The position numbers and the translations under genes were made by a program. DNA of 64,000 bases from Candidatus Multivoradales bacterium (GTDB lineage Bacteria; Acidobacteriota; Thermoanaerobaculia; Multivoradales; Multivoraceae), in NCBI GenBank assembly GCA_965223325.1, contig CBDCWI010000002.1, forward strand, positions 3,072,001 to 3,136,000, read 5' to 3'. Of the stretch, positions 1 through 9,532 are shown piece by piece (position 1 is the stretch's first letter; the number at the start of each line of letters is the position of its first letter). The notes under the pieces were generated by a model. That model was not told where the DNA came from. It did no database searches and saw nothing but the letters and a program-made list of their open reading frames with translations.

Positions 1-1045
1 TCTTCTCTTCTTCGATGGCTGCACCGGAGCGACCCACCGCCATCAGAACGCGTCCCCAATTCGGCTCGGCACCGTGGAGCGCCGTCTTGACCAGCGGCGA
101 GTTGGCAACGGTCTGGGCAACGAGGCGGGCGTCGCTGTCACCGGTAGCACCCACAACGTCGACGCACATGACCTTGGTTGCACCCTCACCATCTCGAACC
201 ACCTGCTGCGCCAGGTCGAACGTCACGTGCTCGAGGGCGACGGCGAATCTCTCGAGCGCGGCACCCGAGGTCACCGCGTGACTCGACGCACCGTTGGCCA
301 GGACCAGCAGCATGTCGTTGGTCGACGTGTCGCCGTCGACGGTGATGCAGTTGAAGGTGCGACCGGCGACTGCTACAAGCATCTCTTGCAGAACTGACGC
401 TTCGATCTCTGCGTCGGTGGTGATGAAGCCCAGCGTAGTCGCCATGTTGGGGGCGATCATTCCCGACCCCTTGGCAATGCCACCGACGACAACAGGTCGA
501 CCCTCGCCGAGATCGACGCGAACTGCACAGCTCTTGGGGCAGGTGTCGGTCGTCATGATCGCGCCCGCCGCCGCCTGGCCACCGGCGGGTGACAGCGCCG
601 CGGCTGCTTCGGTGATTCCCAGGCGAAGCTTGTCCATTGGAAGCGGTACGCCAATCACGCCGGTCGAACCGACAAGCACCTGGTGCGCCTCCGTTCCGAT
701 TGCCTCGGCAGCGATCTTTGCCATTTCTTCGTTGTCGCGGCGACCCGGCGCACCCGTACAGGCGTTGGCGTTGCCGGCGTTGGAGAGAATCGCCCGCGCC
801 TGACCGTTCTGCGCAACCGCCTTCGACCAACCGACACACGCCGCCTGAACCTTGTTGGTCGTAAAGACCCCCGCCGCGGCCGCAGGCCGGTCGGACACGA
901 TGATGGTCACGTCAGGGTTCTTGCGCTTGAGGCCGGCGTGGACAGAGCCTGCCGAAAAACCTGCTGCGGTCGTTACGTGCCCGCCGTCAATGACCGCGAG
1001 CGTGCGTTTGGCAAGACTCGCGGCGGTTGCTCTCTTGTTTGACAT
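1..1045 (-). CDS. argJ: Bifunctional ornithine acetyltransferase/N-acetylglutamate synthase (3' end runs off the window)
   Basis: Absent from the ORF track because it has no stop in the window. Read manually from ATG 1045: MSNKRATAA...GVFTTNKVQAA...NAGNANACTG...KGSGMIAPNMATTLGF...VDGDTSTND, which are ArgJ motifs. Lies directly downstream of argC. Confidence 0.95.
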   Translation of the reverse strand, partial: MSNKRATAASLAKRTLAVIDGGHVTTAAGFSAGSVHAGLKRKNPDVTIIVSDRPAAAAGVFTTNKVQAACVGWSKAVAQNGQARAILSNAGNANACTGAPGRRDNEEMAKIAAEAIGTEAHQVLVGSTGVIGVPLPMDKLRLGITEAAAALSPAGGQAAAGAIMTTDTCPKSCAVRVDLGEGRPVVVGGIAKGSGMIAPNMATTLGFITTDAEIEASVLQEMLVAVAGRTFNCITVDGDTSTNDMLLVLANGASSHAVTSGAALERFAVALEHVTFDLAQQVVRDGEGATKVMCVDVVGATGDSDARLVAQTVANSPLVKTALHGAEPNWGRVLMAVGRSGAAIEEEK

Positions 1046-1057
1046 CTCTTCTTGTGT

Positions 1058-2098
1058 TCAGGGGTAGAGCGGTGCCGCTTCGAGACCGGCAGTCTCGTTG
1101 AAGCCAAACATCAGGTTCATGTTCTGGATCGCCTGCCCGGCGGCTCCTTTGACCAGGTTGTCGATCGCCCCGAAACAGCAAACGATGCCCGCCTCACGAT
1201 CAACGGTCACGCCGACGTCGCAGAGGTTGGAGCCATAGGTCGCCTTGGTCTCGGGCAGATCCGGAACGACCCGCACGAACGGCTCGTTCACGTAAGCCTC
1301 CTCGAGCGCTGCCAGAAGCGCCAGTCGCTCGGGAGGGTCGTCGCATGGGACGTAGATCGCGGAGAGAATCCCGCGCGTCATCGGCACCAGGTGGGGTGAG
1401 AAGAAGACCTTTGGACGATTACCGAGAACCGTTCCAAGCACCTGCTCGATCTCAGGACGATGACGGTGATCGCCGGTCTTGTACGGTCGCGTGGACTCCG
1501 AAAGCGCTGCGAAGAGTCGGTCCTCCGACGCTGCCCGGCCGGCGCCCGAGACTCCCGACTTCGCATCGACGATGATGGTGCCGGATGCCTTTGGCCCCAG
1601 GACCTGGAGTACCGGAGCGAGAGCCAAGATGGTTGCGGTGGGATAGCAGCCCGGGTTGGCGACCAGGCGCGCATTGGCGATCGCGGTGCGCTCGAACTCC
1701 GGCAGGCCGTAGACGGCTTCTGCCAGTGCCTGCGGAGCCGTGTGGGGAAGTCCGTACCAACGTTCGTACTCCTGGCCGTCCTGGAGCCGGAAGTCGGCGC
1801 CGACGTCAACGACCCTGGCGCCGCCCTCGAGCAGGACGGGTACGGCCTCGAGCGCGATGCCATGAGGCAGGGCGAGGAACACCACCTCGCTCTCACGCCC
1901 CATCAGCTGCCAGTCGGGTTCGATGAGCGTGGCGTCGAACCGCCCCCGCAGGCTCGGCCAGACCTCGTCGACGGACTGCCCGGCCTTACTGCCGGCGGCC
2001 AGCAAACCGAACTCGACTTCCGGGTGGCCCGAAAGCCAGCGTAGGAGCTCTCCTCCGCCATAGCCGGAAGCGCCGGCCACGCTCACTCGTGTGGACAT
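1058..2098 (-). CDS. argC: N-acetyl-gamma-glutamyl-phosphate reductase
   Basis: GASGYGG nucleotide-binding motif, ANPGCYPT catalytic motif, DAKSGVSGAGR, DNLVKGAAGQA. Confidence 0.97.
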   Translation of the reverse strand: MSTRVSVAGASGYGGGELLRWLSGHPEVEFGLLAAGSKAGQSVDEVWPSLRGRFDATLIEPDWQLMGRESEVVFLALPHGIALEAVPVLLEGGARVVDVGADFRLQDGQEYERWYGLPHTAPQALAEAVYGLPEFERTAIANARLVANPGCYPTATILALAPVLQVLGPKASGTIIVDAKSGVSGAGRAASEDRLFAALSESTRPYKTGDHRHRPEIEQVLGTVLGNRPKVFFSPHLVPMTRGILSAIYVPCDDPPERLALLAALEEAYVNEPFVRVVPDLPETKATYGSNLCDVGVTVDREAGIVCCFGAIDNLVKGAAGQAIQNMNLMFGFNETAGLEAAPLYP

Positions 2099-2099
2099 C

Positions 2100-2137
2100 A
2101 GTGAATAATATCACACACAACTGCATAAAGATACAGT
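2100..2137. promoter_or_regulatory. Tandem ARG-box-like (ArgR) operators
   Basis: AGTGAATAATATCACACA (2100-2117) and ACTGCATAAAGATACAGT (2120-2137) form an AT-rich island directly upstream of argC and resemble the consensus WNTGAATWWWWATTCANW. Confidence 0.7.
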
Positions 2138-2161
2138 TCGGCCAAGAGTTCCTGGGCCTTC

Positions 2162-3037
2162 TCAGCCCCCAGACGAAGGATCGAGCAGCGGCAGGCCGAA
2201 GACCACCGAGGCGATGATCGAGAGGAGCGACGCCAGCATCAAGACCAGCGCCAGGATCACGTGGTCGATGCGTTCCGGGCGTAGGGGATCGAGAATCCGC
2301 GCCAACAGGTAGCCGCCCGCGAAGCCGCCGAAGTGAGCCCAGTTGTCGATGCCCGGGAACAGAAAACCGATGACAAACAGCGGAAGGGCCGCACCCCAGA
2401 GCAGGTTCTGGGTGATCTGTCGGTTACCACTGCGCCGGCCGTAGAAGACCAGGGCTCCGAGCCATCCGAAGATTCCGGCCGAGGCTCCGAGGGTGAGGGG
2501 TGCACCGGCCAGGGCTCGCGGAAACGGCAAACCGAGCTGTGCGACGCCGCTGGTGACCGCAAAGCCAACCATGCTCGAGACCAGAAACAGGATCGCCGAA
2601 CGGCCGGCACCGAAGGCATCGGCGAGGGCGGGGCCGAGCTGGCGTAGCCACATCAGGTTGAACACGATGTGCAACAAGCTGCCATGCAGGAAGGTCGCCG
2701 AGAGAATCGTCCACCAACGGTCATAGGCAAACACTGGAATCGACCCGGATGCACCGAGCACGAAGGACGCCTCATTGCTCGGCGACAGCATGCTCATGAA
2801 ACCGCCCATGCCGATCTGGTCGGGCCGCATGAGGAGGGCGACACCGTAAAGCAAGAGACAGGCCCCCATGGCGATCTTGGTGAAGCCAAGGTCGTTACCG
2901 AGCTTGCGAACGACCCCCGCGAACCCGAACAGGCCGGGGTGCAGGCGGCCGCAGTTGAGGCACTTCTTGTCGTTGACGCCCACCAGCTGGCCGCACGATG
3001 TGCAGACCACTGACCCCTCTGTTTTTCGTCCAAGCAT
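2162..3037 (-). CDS. Rhomboid-family intramembrane serine protease with N-terminal zinc ribbon
   Basis: CTSCG...CLNCG N-terminus, FLHGSLLHIVFN, catalytic GASAG (Ser) and AHFGG (His), multiple TM segments. Start trimmed to ATG 3037. Confidence 0.9.
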   Translation of the reverse strand: MLGRKTEGSVVCTSCGQLVGVNDKKCLNCGRLHPGLFGFAGVVRKLGNDLGFTKIAMGACLLLYGVALLMRPDQIGMGGFMSMLSPSNEASFVLGASGSIPVFAYDRWWTILSATFLHGSLLHIVFNLMWLRQLGPALADAFGAGRSAILFLVSSMVGFAVTSGVAQLGLPFPRALAGAPLTLGASAGIFGWLGALVFYGRRSGNRQITQNLLWGAALPLFVIGFLFPGIDNWAHFGGFAGGYLLARILDPLRPERIDHVILALVLMLASLLSIIASVVFGLPLLDPSSGG

Positions 3038-3146
3038 CGCCGGGCGGACGATAACAGGGCTTACCTCTCGACGTGCCCGGGAGGGGCCGGCCCGGCTGGG
3101 GCCGCGAATCGGAATAGGCGAGTCCGCTCCGGCGTTCCTGGTTTTG

Positions 3147-4415
3147 ATGCGCCAAAACCTCGCTCGGCCCGCCCCTCGTCTCGTTCCAGAGAGCGCTGCT
3201 CGCAAGCGACTGAGGGTTCTTGCGCGGACCCTACCCGCTGCGCTCCTCTGTGGGACCATCGCAACCAGCGCCGCGCAGGCTGCCGACTTCGAAGAGATCG
3301 CCTTGCCAGAAGCGGTTCTCGCTGACATCGAACTGCGCGCCCTACCCGAAACCATCGCGGTCGCAGAAGACCTGCAGCGTCTCCTCATTGCGGGTCGCGA
3401 CGCGGTTCTCGACCGTCGCTACGCTGATGCTGCCTGGTACTTCGATCACGCCGAGCACAACCATCACGCCTCCCCCGTTGGACCTCTCGGCCACATGCTG
3501 ATCGCCCAGGCGCAGATGCTCGAGAACTACGACATGGCATCCGAAGACGAGTACCGCCTCGCCCGCAACCAGGCGCAGAAGCGCCTGCAAAACGCCCTCG
3601 ATGCGCCGGGCAACGAAGCCTGGGATCACCTTCTGGCAGGTGCTTTCCATGGCATGGAAGGCCTGCATGCGATGCGCAAGAACCAATACATTGCATCGGT
3701 GCGCAGAGGCCTCGGCGCCGTGCGCCACCTCAGGCGCAGTCGGCGAGCGGGCGACAGGCTGCATGACGTCGACCTCGGGCTCGGTGGCTACGACTACTTT
3801 CGGAGTGTCGTGAGCCGCCAGGCACCCTGGGTCCCCTTCGTTCCCGATCGGCGCGAGGAAGGGCTGGCGTTGATCGAGCACGCACGGCGCGAGGGCGAGT
3901 TCATGCGGCCCATCGCGCAGCTCGCCCTCGTCTTCACGCTGATCGATGAGAACCGAAGTGAGCAGAGCATCGCTCTGGCACGCGCCTTTCTCGAGCGCTA
4001 CCCGAACAACGTCGTCGCGCGCATCCAACTCGGCCGCGCACTCTCGCGCCGCCGGCACTTCGAGGAAGCCATCCAGGAGTTCGAACACGTTCTGGAGCTG
4101 CATCCCGAGAACCGCATCGTGGGCTACTACCTGGGCCACACCCTGGTCCACGGAACAAATGACCTGAGTAGAGCCGAGGCCATCCTGCAGGGCTTTCTCA
4201 AGCAGGCGCCTGACGATCACGCTCGCGGCTGGGGTATCGAGCTGCTCGGCGACATTCGGCGGCGAGAGGGCATGACCGACGAGGCGATCCAACTCTGGCG
4301 CCGGGCTCATCGCCTCGACTCGCGGGACACCTCAGCCAAACGGAAGGTCAAGCGCGCACGGGCAGAGCGGCGGGCGAAGCGTTCATCCACCAGCAGCGAG
4401 CAGACAACGGGGTAG
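3147..4415 (+). CDS. Exported tetratricopeptide-repeat protein
   Basis: Signal-like N-terminus and TPR-like helical repeats (LGRALSRRRHFEEAIQEFEHVLELHPEN). Start uncertain. Confidence 0.75.
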   Translation: MRQNLARPAPRLVPESAARKRLRVLARTLPAALLCGTIATSAAQAADFEEIALPEAVLADIELRALPETIAVAEDLQRLLIAGRDAVLDRRYADAAWYFDHAEHNHHASPVGPLGHMLIAQAQMLENYDMASEDEYRLARNQAQKRLQNALDAPGNEAWDHLLAGAFHGMEGLHAMRKNQYIASVRRGLGAVRHLRRSRRAGDRLHDVDLGLGGYDYFRSVVSRQAPWVPFVPDRREEGLALIEHARREGEFMRPIAQLALVFTLIDENRSEQSIALARAFLERYPNNVVARIQLGRALSRRRHFEEAIQEFEHVLELHPENRIVGYYLGHTLVHGTNDLSRAEAILQGFLKQAPDDHARGWGIELLGDIRRREGMTDEAIQLWRRAHRLDSRDTSAKRKVKRARAERRAKRSSTSSEQTTG

Positions 4416-4463
4416 GATGGAGGGCAATCGAAAGGCGAATCTGAACGGGTCACCTGGCAAGGA

Positions 4464-5210
4464 GTGTTCGAGATGATGTGCAAGCTCCCCCTCCCGCCTC
4501 AAAGCCTGTGGCTGCTGCTCGCCGCCACGGCTTTTCTATGCCATCCCGCGGGGGCACAACAAACCGGGGGCGACCCCTTCGGCGATGTTGGTGCCGGGAC
4601 TGGCGCTGGTCCGCGCGACAACACGCGCGTCCAGGGGACCGTCTTCAACACCGCCGGCGAGGTCATGTCCGACGTCCACATCTGGGTGACCAACGACGCC
4701 GCTCCGGCCAATCGCGTGCGCGCCAAGACACGCCCCACCGGCAACTACCTGGTGCGTAACGTCGCTTCGCTCTACCAGCCGGAAGACATCGAGGGCATTC
4801 TCCTGCGGGTGCTGTTCCAGAAAGAAGGCTACGAGGACCTGCAAACCCTCGTGGGTGTGGTCAAGAACGGCATCGAGCGCATCAACGTCTACATGCTCGA
4901 GACCGGTGAGACGGCAGAGATGTCAGGCACTTGCGCCGCCCTTGCGGGTCGGGTCGTAAACCGCAAGGGGCGCGGCGCGAAGGGCGTCACGGTGCGCGTC
5001 CTATCGCTCGACGGCGAAGAGCTCATACCGCCCATCGCCGCCGAGAAGCGTGGTGACTGGGAAGCCATCCTCTGGAACGTCGACGTCGATGAGGTGACTG
5101 TCGAAGCGACCGGCAAGGAAGGTACGAACCGCACCAACGTCAAGCTCGAGGCCGACAACGAACCGCAGGTCTTCACGGCTCAGAAGGTCGAACTCACCCT
5201 GGGCGGCTAG
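4464..5210 (+). CDS. Exported protein with two carboxypeptidase-regulatory-like beta-sandwich domains
   Basis: Signal peptide (…PAGAQQ), VQGTVFNTAGE and LAGRVVNRKGRGAKGVTV patterns. Confidence 0.6.
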   Translation: MFEMMCKLPLPPQSLWLLLAATAFLCHPAGAQQTGGDPFGDVGAGTGAGPRDNTRVQGTVFNTAGEVMSDVHIWVTNDAAPANRVRAKTRPTGNYLVRNVASLYQPEDIEGILLRVLFQKEGYEDLQTLVGVVKNGIERINVYMLETGETAEMSGTCAALAGRVVNRKGRGAKGVTVRVLSLDGEELIPPIAAEKRGDWEAILWNVDVDEVTVEATGKEGTNRTNVKLEADNEPQVFTAQKVELTLGG

Positions 5211-5222
5211 GAGCCCGGCTGG

Positions 5223-5948
5223 TCAGCCGGCATGCTTCGTGAGGAAGTCTGAAACGCGCCTCTTGGCCGCCGGAATCGACGTCTCGTCTTTCCACTCGGC
5301 AATCAGCTCAGCATTCGGTGCGAGCCGTGCGATCTCTTCCGAAGTCGAGGCGGGGTGGTAGAGATCGTTTCCACGTAGGACGAGCAACGGCGTTTCGACT
5401 CCGCCGACGAAGTCGCGGTCGACATTGAAAAGAAAGTCGCCGTCGTACATGTTGGAGCGAAATGCCTCCCAGGCGCCCGCTTCTACATCACTGTGAGGGC
5501 CGGCGCGGAGCTCCTCCGCCCAGCTGTCGAACATCTCGTAGAAGGCCTGGCGGTTGTCGTCGAGACCAATTGGCTGGAACAGCACCGCCGCTGCCACCCG
5601 CTCCGGCGCCGCTTCGACGAGCCCCATGCAATAGGGGCCGCCGATACACATGCCAGCGACCGCAAAACGCTGATGGCCCAGGTCGTCCATCAGTCCGAGC
5701 TGGTCCGCGGTATAAGAGTGCCATCCATCGGCGGCTGTGACCGGAGCCTTCGAGGCACCCGCATTGCGCTGATCCATCGCGACAACCTCGAAAGACCCCA
5801 CCAACTGCTCGATCGGGTTCCAGGGGGTGTTCTGCCAGTACGAAATGGCACTGCGCATCCCCCCGGGCGCAATCAGAAGGACTGGAAAGCCCGAGCCCTC
5901 TGTCTCGTAGTGAATCTCGATTCCGCCCTCGCGCTCGAATACCGGCAT
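5223..5948 (-). CDS. Alpha/beta hydrolase
   Basis: GSGFPVLLIAPGG, VVAMDQRNAGAS, nucleophile elbow GMCIGG (Cys in place of Ser). Start trimmed to ATG 5948. Confidence 0.85.
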   Translation of the reverse strand: MPVFEREGGIEIHYETEGSGFPVLLIAPGGMRSAISYWQNTPWNPIEQLVGSFEVVAMDQRNAGASKAPVTAADGWHSYTADQLGLMDDLGHQRFAVAGMCIGGPYCMGLVEAAPERVAAAVLFQPIGLDDNRQAFYEMFDSWAEELRAGPHSDVEAGAWEAFRSNMYDGDFLFNVDRDFVGGVETPLLVLRGNDLYHPASTSEEIARLAPNAELIAEWKDETSIPAAKRRVSDFLTKHAG

Positions 5949-6059
5949 GCCTATCCTTCCGGCCCCGTGTAGAGGCCCCCGCATCATCTCGTCGTTCGAT
6001 CGTGCCCGGTGAGCGATGAGCATCTCATGTGATCGCGGAGGCGCCTCACAGAACCCTGC

Positions 6060-6097
6060 TTGACAATTGAAACACTCATTTAAAACGACCGTATAAT
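6060..6097 (+). promoter_or_regulatory. Promoter region with tandem AAAC-N4-GTTT-like TetR (PsrA-type) operators
   Basis: AT-rich TTGACAATTGAAACACTCATTTAAAACGACCGTATAAT with TTGACA/TTGAAA and TATAAT hexamers (spacing non-ideal). Confidence 0.5.
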
Positions 6098-6152
6098 GGG
6101 TCATCGGGTCCCCGAATCCTTCCTCCGCCGGGACCACCGCGAGCCCACTCCT

Positions 6153-6806
6153 ATGGCCACCGACTCCAGCACACCGAACGCCCTGCTCGACGCCGCCGAG
6201 AGACTGCTCGCCGAACGCGGTCTCGGGGTCTCGCTGCGCGAAATCACCAAGGCCGCCGGGGCGAACCTGGCGTCGGTCAACTACCACTTCGGGTCCAAGA
6301 CTGCCCTCATTCACGCCGTCATCGAGCGCAGGGTCGCGCCCATGAACGAGGAACGGGCGCGCTTGCTCGACAGCTACGTCGCTGCCGCCAGTCCCGACGC
6401 GCCGGCCCTCGAGCAGGTACTGCATGCGCTTCTAGCACCCGCCTTCCGCTTCGGCGACGACAAGTCGCACGACTTCGCCCCTACCCTCTCGCGCCTGACC
6501 TTCGAACGCGACAAAGAGATCGCGGCGCTTTTGTTCGAGAGCTTCAAGCCGACCATGGAGCGCTTCTTCGAGGTCCTCGGGCGTTGCCTGCCGGAGCTAC
6601 CGCCGAAGGTGCTTCTGTCACGGCTGCACTTCTCGGTCGGAGCGATGGCGATGACGGTCTCCAACAACCAGGCTTACCGACGCATGGCCGCGGCGGCAGG
6701 CAACGTCCCGGTCGAGCGACGCGAGCGCAGTCTCGAGCGCCTGGTGAACTTTCTTGCGGCCGGTTTTCGTGCTCCCGTGTCGACCCCTGGACGCGGCATG
6801 CGATGA
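6153..6806 (+). CDS. TetR-family regulator (PsrA-like)
   Basis: HTH LLDAAERLLAERG..SLREITKAAGANLASVNYHFGSK. Alternative start at 6096. Confidence 0.9.
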   Translation: MATDSSTPNALLDAAERLLAERGLGVSLREITKAAGANLASVNYHFGSKTALIHAVIERRVAPMNEERARLLDSYVAAASPDAPALEQVLHALLAPAFRFGDDKSHDFAPTLSRLTFERDKEIAALLFESFKPTMERFFEVLGRCLPELPPKVLLSRLHFSVGAMAMTVSNNQAYRRMAAAAGNVPVERRERSLERLVNFLAAGFRAPVSTPGRGMR

Positions 6807-8302
6807 GGTCCACCATGCGCGCTAGAACAAGAACCCTCTCTACTCTGGCCTCGGCCATGCTCCTTGCAGGCTGCGGGTCGACCCGCGACGCTCGAGCACC
6901 GCAGCTGGTGACCGAACCACCGGCCCAGTTCGCCGCCAGCGTTTCAGCACCTGCTGGTTCCCCTCTCGCTACTGCGAAGACGTGGAGCTTCCTTGGCGAC
7001 CCGCTTCTCGAGGAACTGATTGCCGAAGCGCTTGCGAACAACCCGAACCTCAACGCTCTGCGCGCCACCGTCGAGCAGGCTCTGGCTGGAGCGCGCATCG
7101 AAGGCGCAGCGCTCTCACCACAGGTAAGCGCCGGGCTCAATGGAGCACGCCGCAAGCAGAACTTCATTGGCTTTCCGATTCCTGGCGGCGAAGACGGCGT
7201 CTTGTCGTCGACGTCGACCAGCGTTGGCCTGTCGCTCAATGTGAGCTGGGAAGCCGACCTGTGGGGAAGGCTGCGCGCCGGAAAGGCGGCCGCCTGGGCT
7301 GACGCCGATGCAGCGCGCGCCGATCTCGCAGCGGCCCACCTGTCGCTCGCTGCACAGACCGCCAAGAGCTGGTTCGCGCTCATCGAAGCCTCGCGCCAGG
7401 TGCAACTTGCCGAACGCGAGCTCACGAGCAGGGGCGATTCAGAGACGAGCGTAGGGCGCCGTTACGAGCGCGGGCTGGTGTCGTCGCTCGAGATCCGCCT
7501 GGCCCGCACCCAGACGCAAATCGTGGCGTCCCAGCTCGCGGAGCGCCAACGCCAACTCGACGCCTTGACCCGGCAGCTCGAAGTCCTGCTCGGACGTTAC
7601 CCGGGAGCGGAACTGTCCGCAGCGAACGACTTGCCGCCGGCGCCACCGCTTTTCGGTCCCGGCCTCCCGGCCGACGTCATTGCGCGCCGACCCGATCTGG
7701 CGGCCAGCGAGCGCCGAGCGCTGGCGGCCTCGGCCCGTTTGCGCGCCGCAGATCGGGCGCGCTATCCGAGCCTTTCGTTGACCGGCTCGACCGGTACGGC
7801 GAGCAACGAACTGAGCGACCTTCTCGACGGCGACTTCTCGGTCTGGAGCCTGGCGGCCGGGCTTTTACAACCAGTGTTTCAGGGGGGCCGCCTACGCGCT
7901 GCCCGGGATGTCGCCGACGCCGGGCTCGAAGTGGCCGAACAACGCTGGCTCGAGGCAACCCTCTCCGCCTACCTCGAGGTCGAATCCGCGCTCGCAGCAG
8001 AAGGCTACCTCGACGACCTCGTCACCGCTCTCGCCTCGGCGACCTCAGAGAGCCGGGCCGCCGAAGAGCTGGCGAGCGAGCGCTACCGCAACGGCCTGCT
8101 CGACTACCTCGGTCTACTCGAGAGCCAGCGCACTGCCTTTCAGTCGGCCAGTCAGCTGCTCACCGCCCAGAGACAACGCCTCGACGCGCGCGTCGATCTG
8201 TTGCTGGCGCTCGGAGGGCCGACCGATTTTCTGCCCAACGATGCCGAACTACTCGAGGCATCCGCACCATCACTCGGTTCGAACGAAAGTTCCAGGGAAT
8301 AG
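6803..8302 (+). CDS. RND efflux outer-membrane lipoprotein (TolC/NodT family)
   Basis: Lipobox LAGC, DPLLEELIAEALANNPNL, SWEADLWGRLR, RRPDL, LLLALGG. ATGA overlap with tetR. Confidence 0.93.
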   Translation: MRSTMRARTRTLSTLASAMLLAGCGSTRDARAPQLVTEPPAQFAASVSAPAGSPLATAKTWSFLGDPLLEELIAEALANNPNLNALRATVEQALAGARIEGAALSPQVSAGLNGARRKQNFIGFPIPGGEDGVLSSTSTSVGLSLNVSWEADLWGRLRAGKAAAWADADAARADLAAAHLSLAAQTAKSWFALIEASRQVQLAERELTSRGDSETSVGRRYERGLVSSLEIRLARTQTQIVASQLAERQRQLDALTRQLEVLLGRYPGAELSAANDLPPAPPLFGPGLPADVIARRPDLAASERRALAASARLRAADRARYPSLSLTGSTGTASNELSDLLDGDFSVWSLAAGLLQPVFQGGRLRAARDVADAGLEVAEQRWLEATLSAYLEVESALAAEGYLDDLVTALASATSESRAAEELASERYRNGLLDYLGLLESQRTAFQSASQLLTAQRQRLDARVDLLLALGGPTDFLPNDAELLEASAPSLGSNESSRE

Positions 8303-8308
8303 CACCTC

Positions 8309-9532
8309 ATGTGGAAGAAGATCCTCACCCCCGTTGTCATTCTGCTTGTCGGCGCCGCGCTGGCGGCGACCGCCTGGACGCTGCGACCCCGGGCCGAACG
8401 CGAACCCCGAGAGGCTCTGCCACCCCAGGTGCGGGTGATCGAAGCGCAGCCGCGAACCGAGAACCTGGTCGTGCGCTCTCGAGGCACGGTCGAGGCCAAG
8501 ACCGAGGCGCAGCTGGTGTCAGAGATCGGCGGTGCGATCACCTGGGTATCGCCTGACTTCGAGGACGGCGGCTTCTTTCGCCGCGGCGATGTGCTGCTCA
8601 GAATCGACCCGCGCGACTACGAGCTCGCCGTCACCTCGGCAAAGGCGCAGGAAGCGCAGGCGCGCGTGAGCCTGGCGCGCGAGGAAGCCGAGGCCGAGGT
8701 TGCGCGGGCCGAGTGGGAAGCCATCGGTGAGGGTGAGGCGAGTCCGCTGGTGCTGCGTCAGCCGCAGCTCGAAGAGGCACGCGCCAAGGTCGCGGCGGCA
8801 GAAGCGCAGGTCGCACGCGCCGAGCTTGATCTCACGCGAACCCGGGTGCGTGCACCGTTCGCTGGCCGGCTCCGCGATCAACGCGTCGACCTGGGTGAGT
8901 TCGTCAACCGCGGCACTCCCTTGGCAACCATCTATTCGATCGACGTCGCTGAGATCAGACTTCCCATTCCCGACAACCAGCTCGCCTACCTCGACCTCGA
9001 CCTCGGCTCGGCCAACGCCAGCGGTCCTTCCGTTGAACTCACCAGCGACTTCGCCGGCCGCCACCATCAATGGACCGGGCGTGTCGTCCGCACCGGCGGT
9101 TCGATCGACCCCAACACGCGGATGGTCGAACTGATCGTCGAAGTGCCAAAGCCCTTCGCCACCGGTACGGAACGCCCACCTCTGGCGCCGGGCATGTTCG
9201 TCGAAGCCACAATCTCTGGGCGAGAAGCGAGTGGCGTCTATCGCGTTCCGCGCTACGCGCTCTCCGGCGACGATCGCGTGATCGTCGTCGACGATGACAA
9301 CCAGCTGAGCTTCCGGACCGTCGACATTCTGCGCAGTTCCGGCGACGACCTTCTTCTCGAAAGAGGGCTCTCGCCGGGTGACCGGGTCCTCCTGACCGCT
9401 CTCGACAACCCACTCGAAGGGATGGTGGTCGAACCGCGAATCGAGGGCGAAACCAGGAGGCCGAGCCAGGGCGAGAGCCCGACAGAGATCGACGTGACCA
9501 TCGACGGCGCAGTAAGCGAGGCGAGCTCATGA
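8309..9532 (+). CDS. RND periplasmic adaptor (membrane fusion protein)
   Basis: N-terminal TM, GDVLLRIDPRDYE, coiled coil, TRVRAPFAG, LAPGMFVEA. Confidence 0.93.
   Translation: MWKKILTPVVILLVGAALAATAWTLRPRAEREPREALPPQVRVIEAQPRTENLVVRSRGTVEAKTEAQLVSEIGGAITWVSPDFEDGGFFRRGDVLLRIDPRDYELAVTSAKAQEAQARVSLAREEAEAEVARAEWEAIGEGEASPLVLRQPQLEEARAKVAAAEAQVARAELDLTRTRVRAPFAGRLRDQRVDLGEFVNRGTPLATIYSIDVAEIRLPIPDNQLAYLDLDLGSANASGPSVELTSDFAGRHHQWTGRVVRTGGSIDPNTRMVELIVEVPKPFATGTERPPLAPGMFVEATISGREASGVYRVPRYALSGDDRVIVVDDDNQLSFRTVDILRSSGDDLLLERGLSPGDRVLLTALDNPLEGMVVEPRIEGETRRPSQGESPTEIDVTIDGAVSEASS

Noticed and set aside
2868-3388. Apparent long overlap of the rhomboid and TPR ORFs, and similar N-terminal extensions in the ORF track
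   Set aside because: Artefact of longest-ORF start calling; downstream starts remove the overlaps
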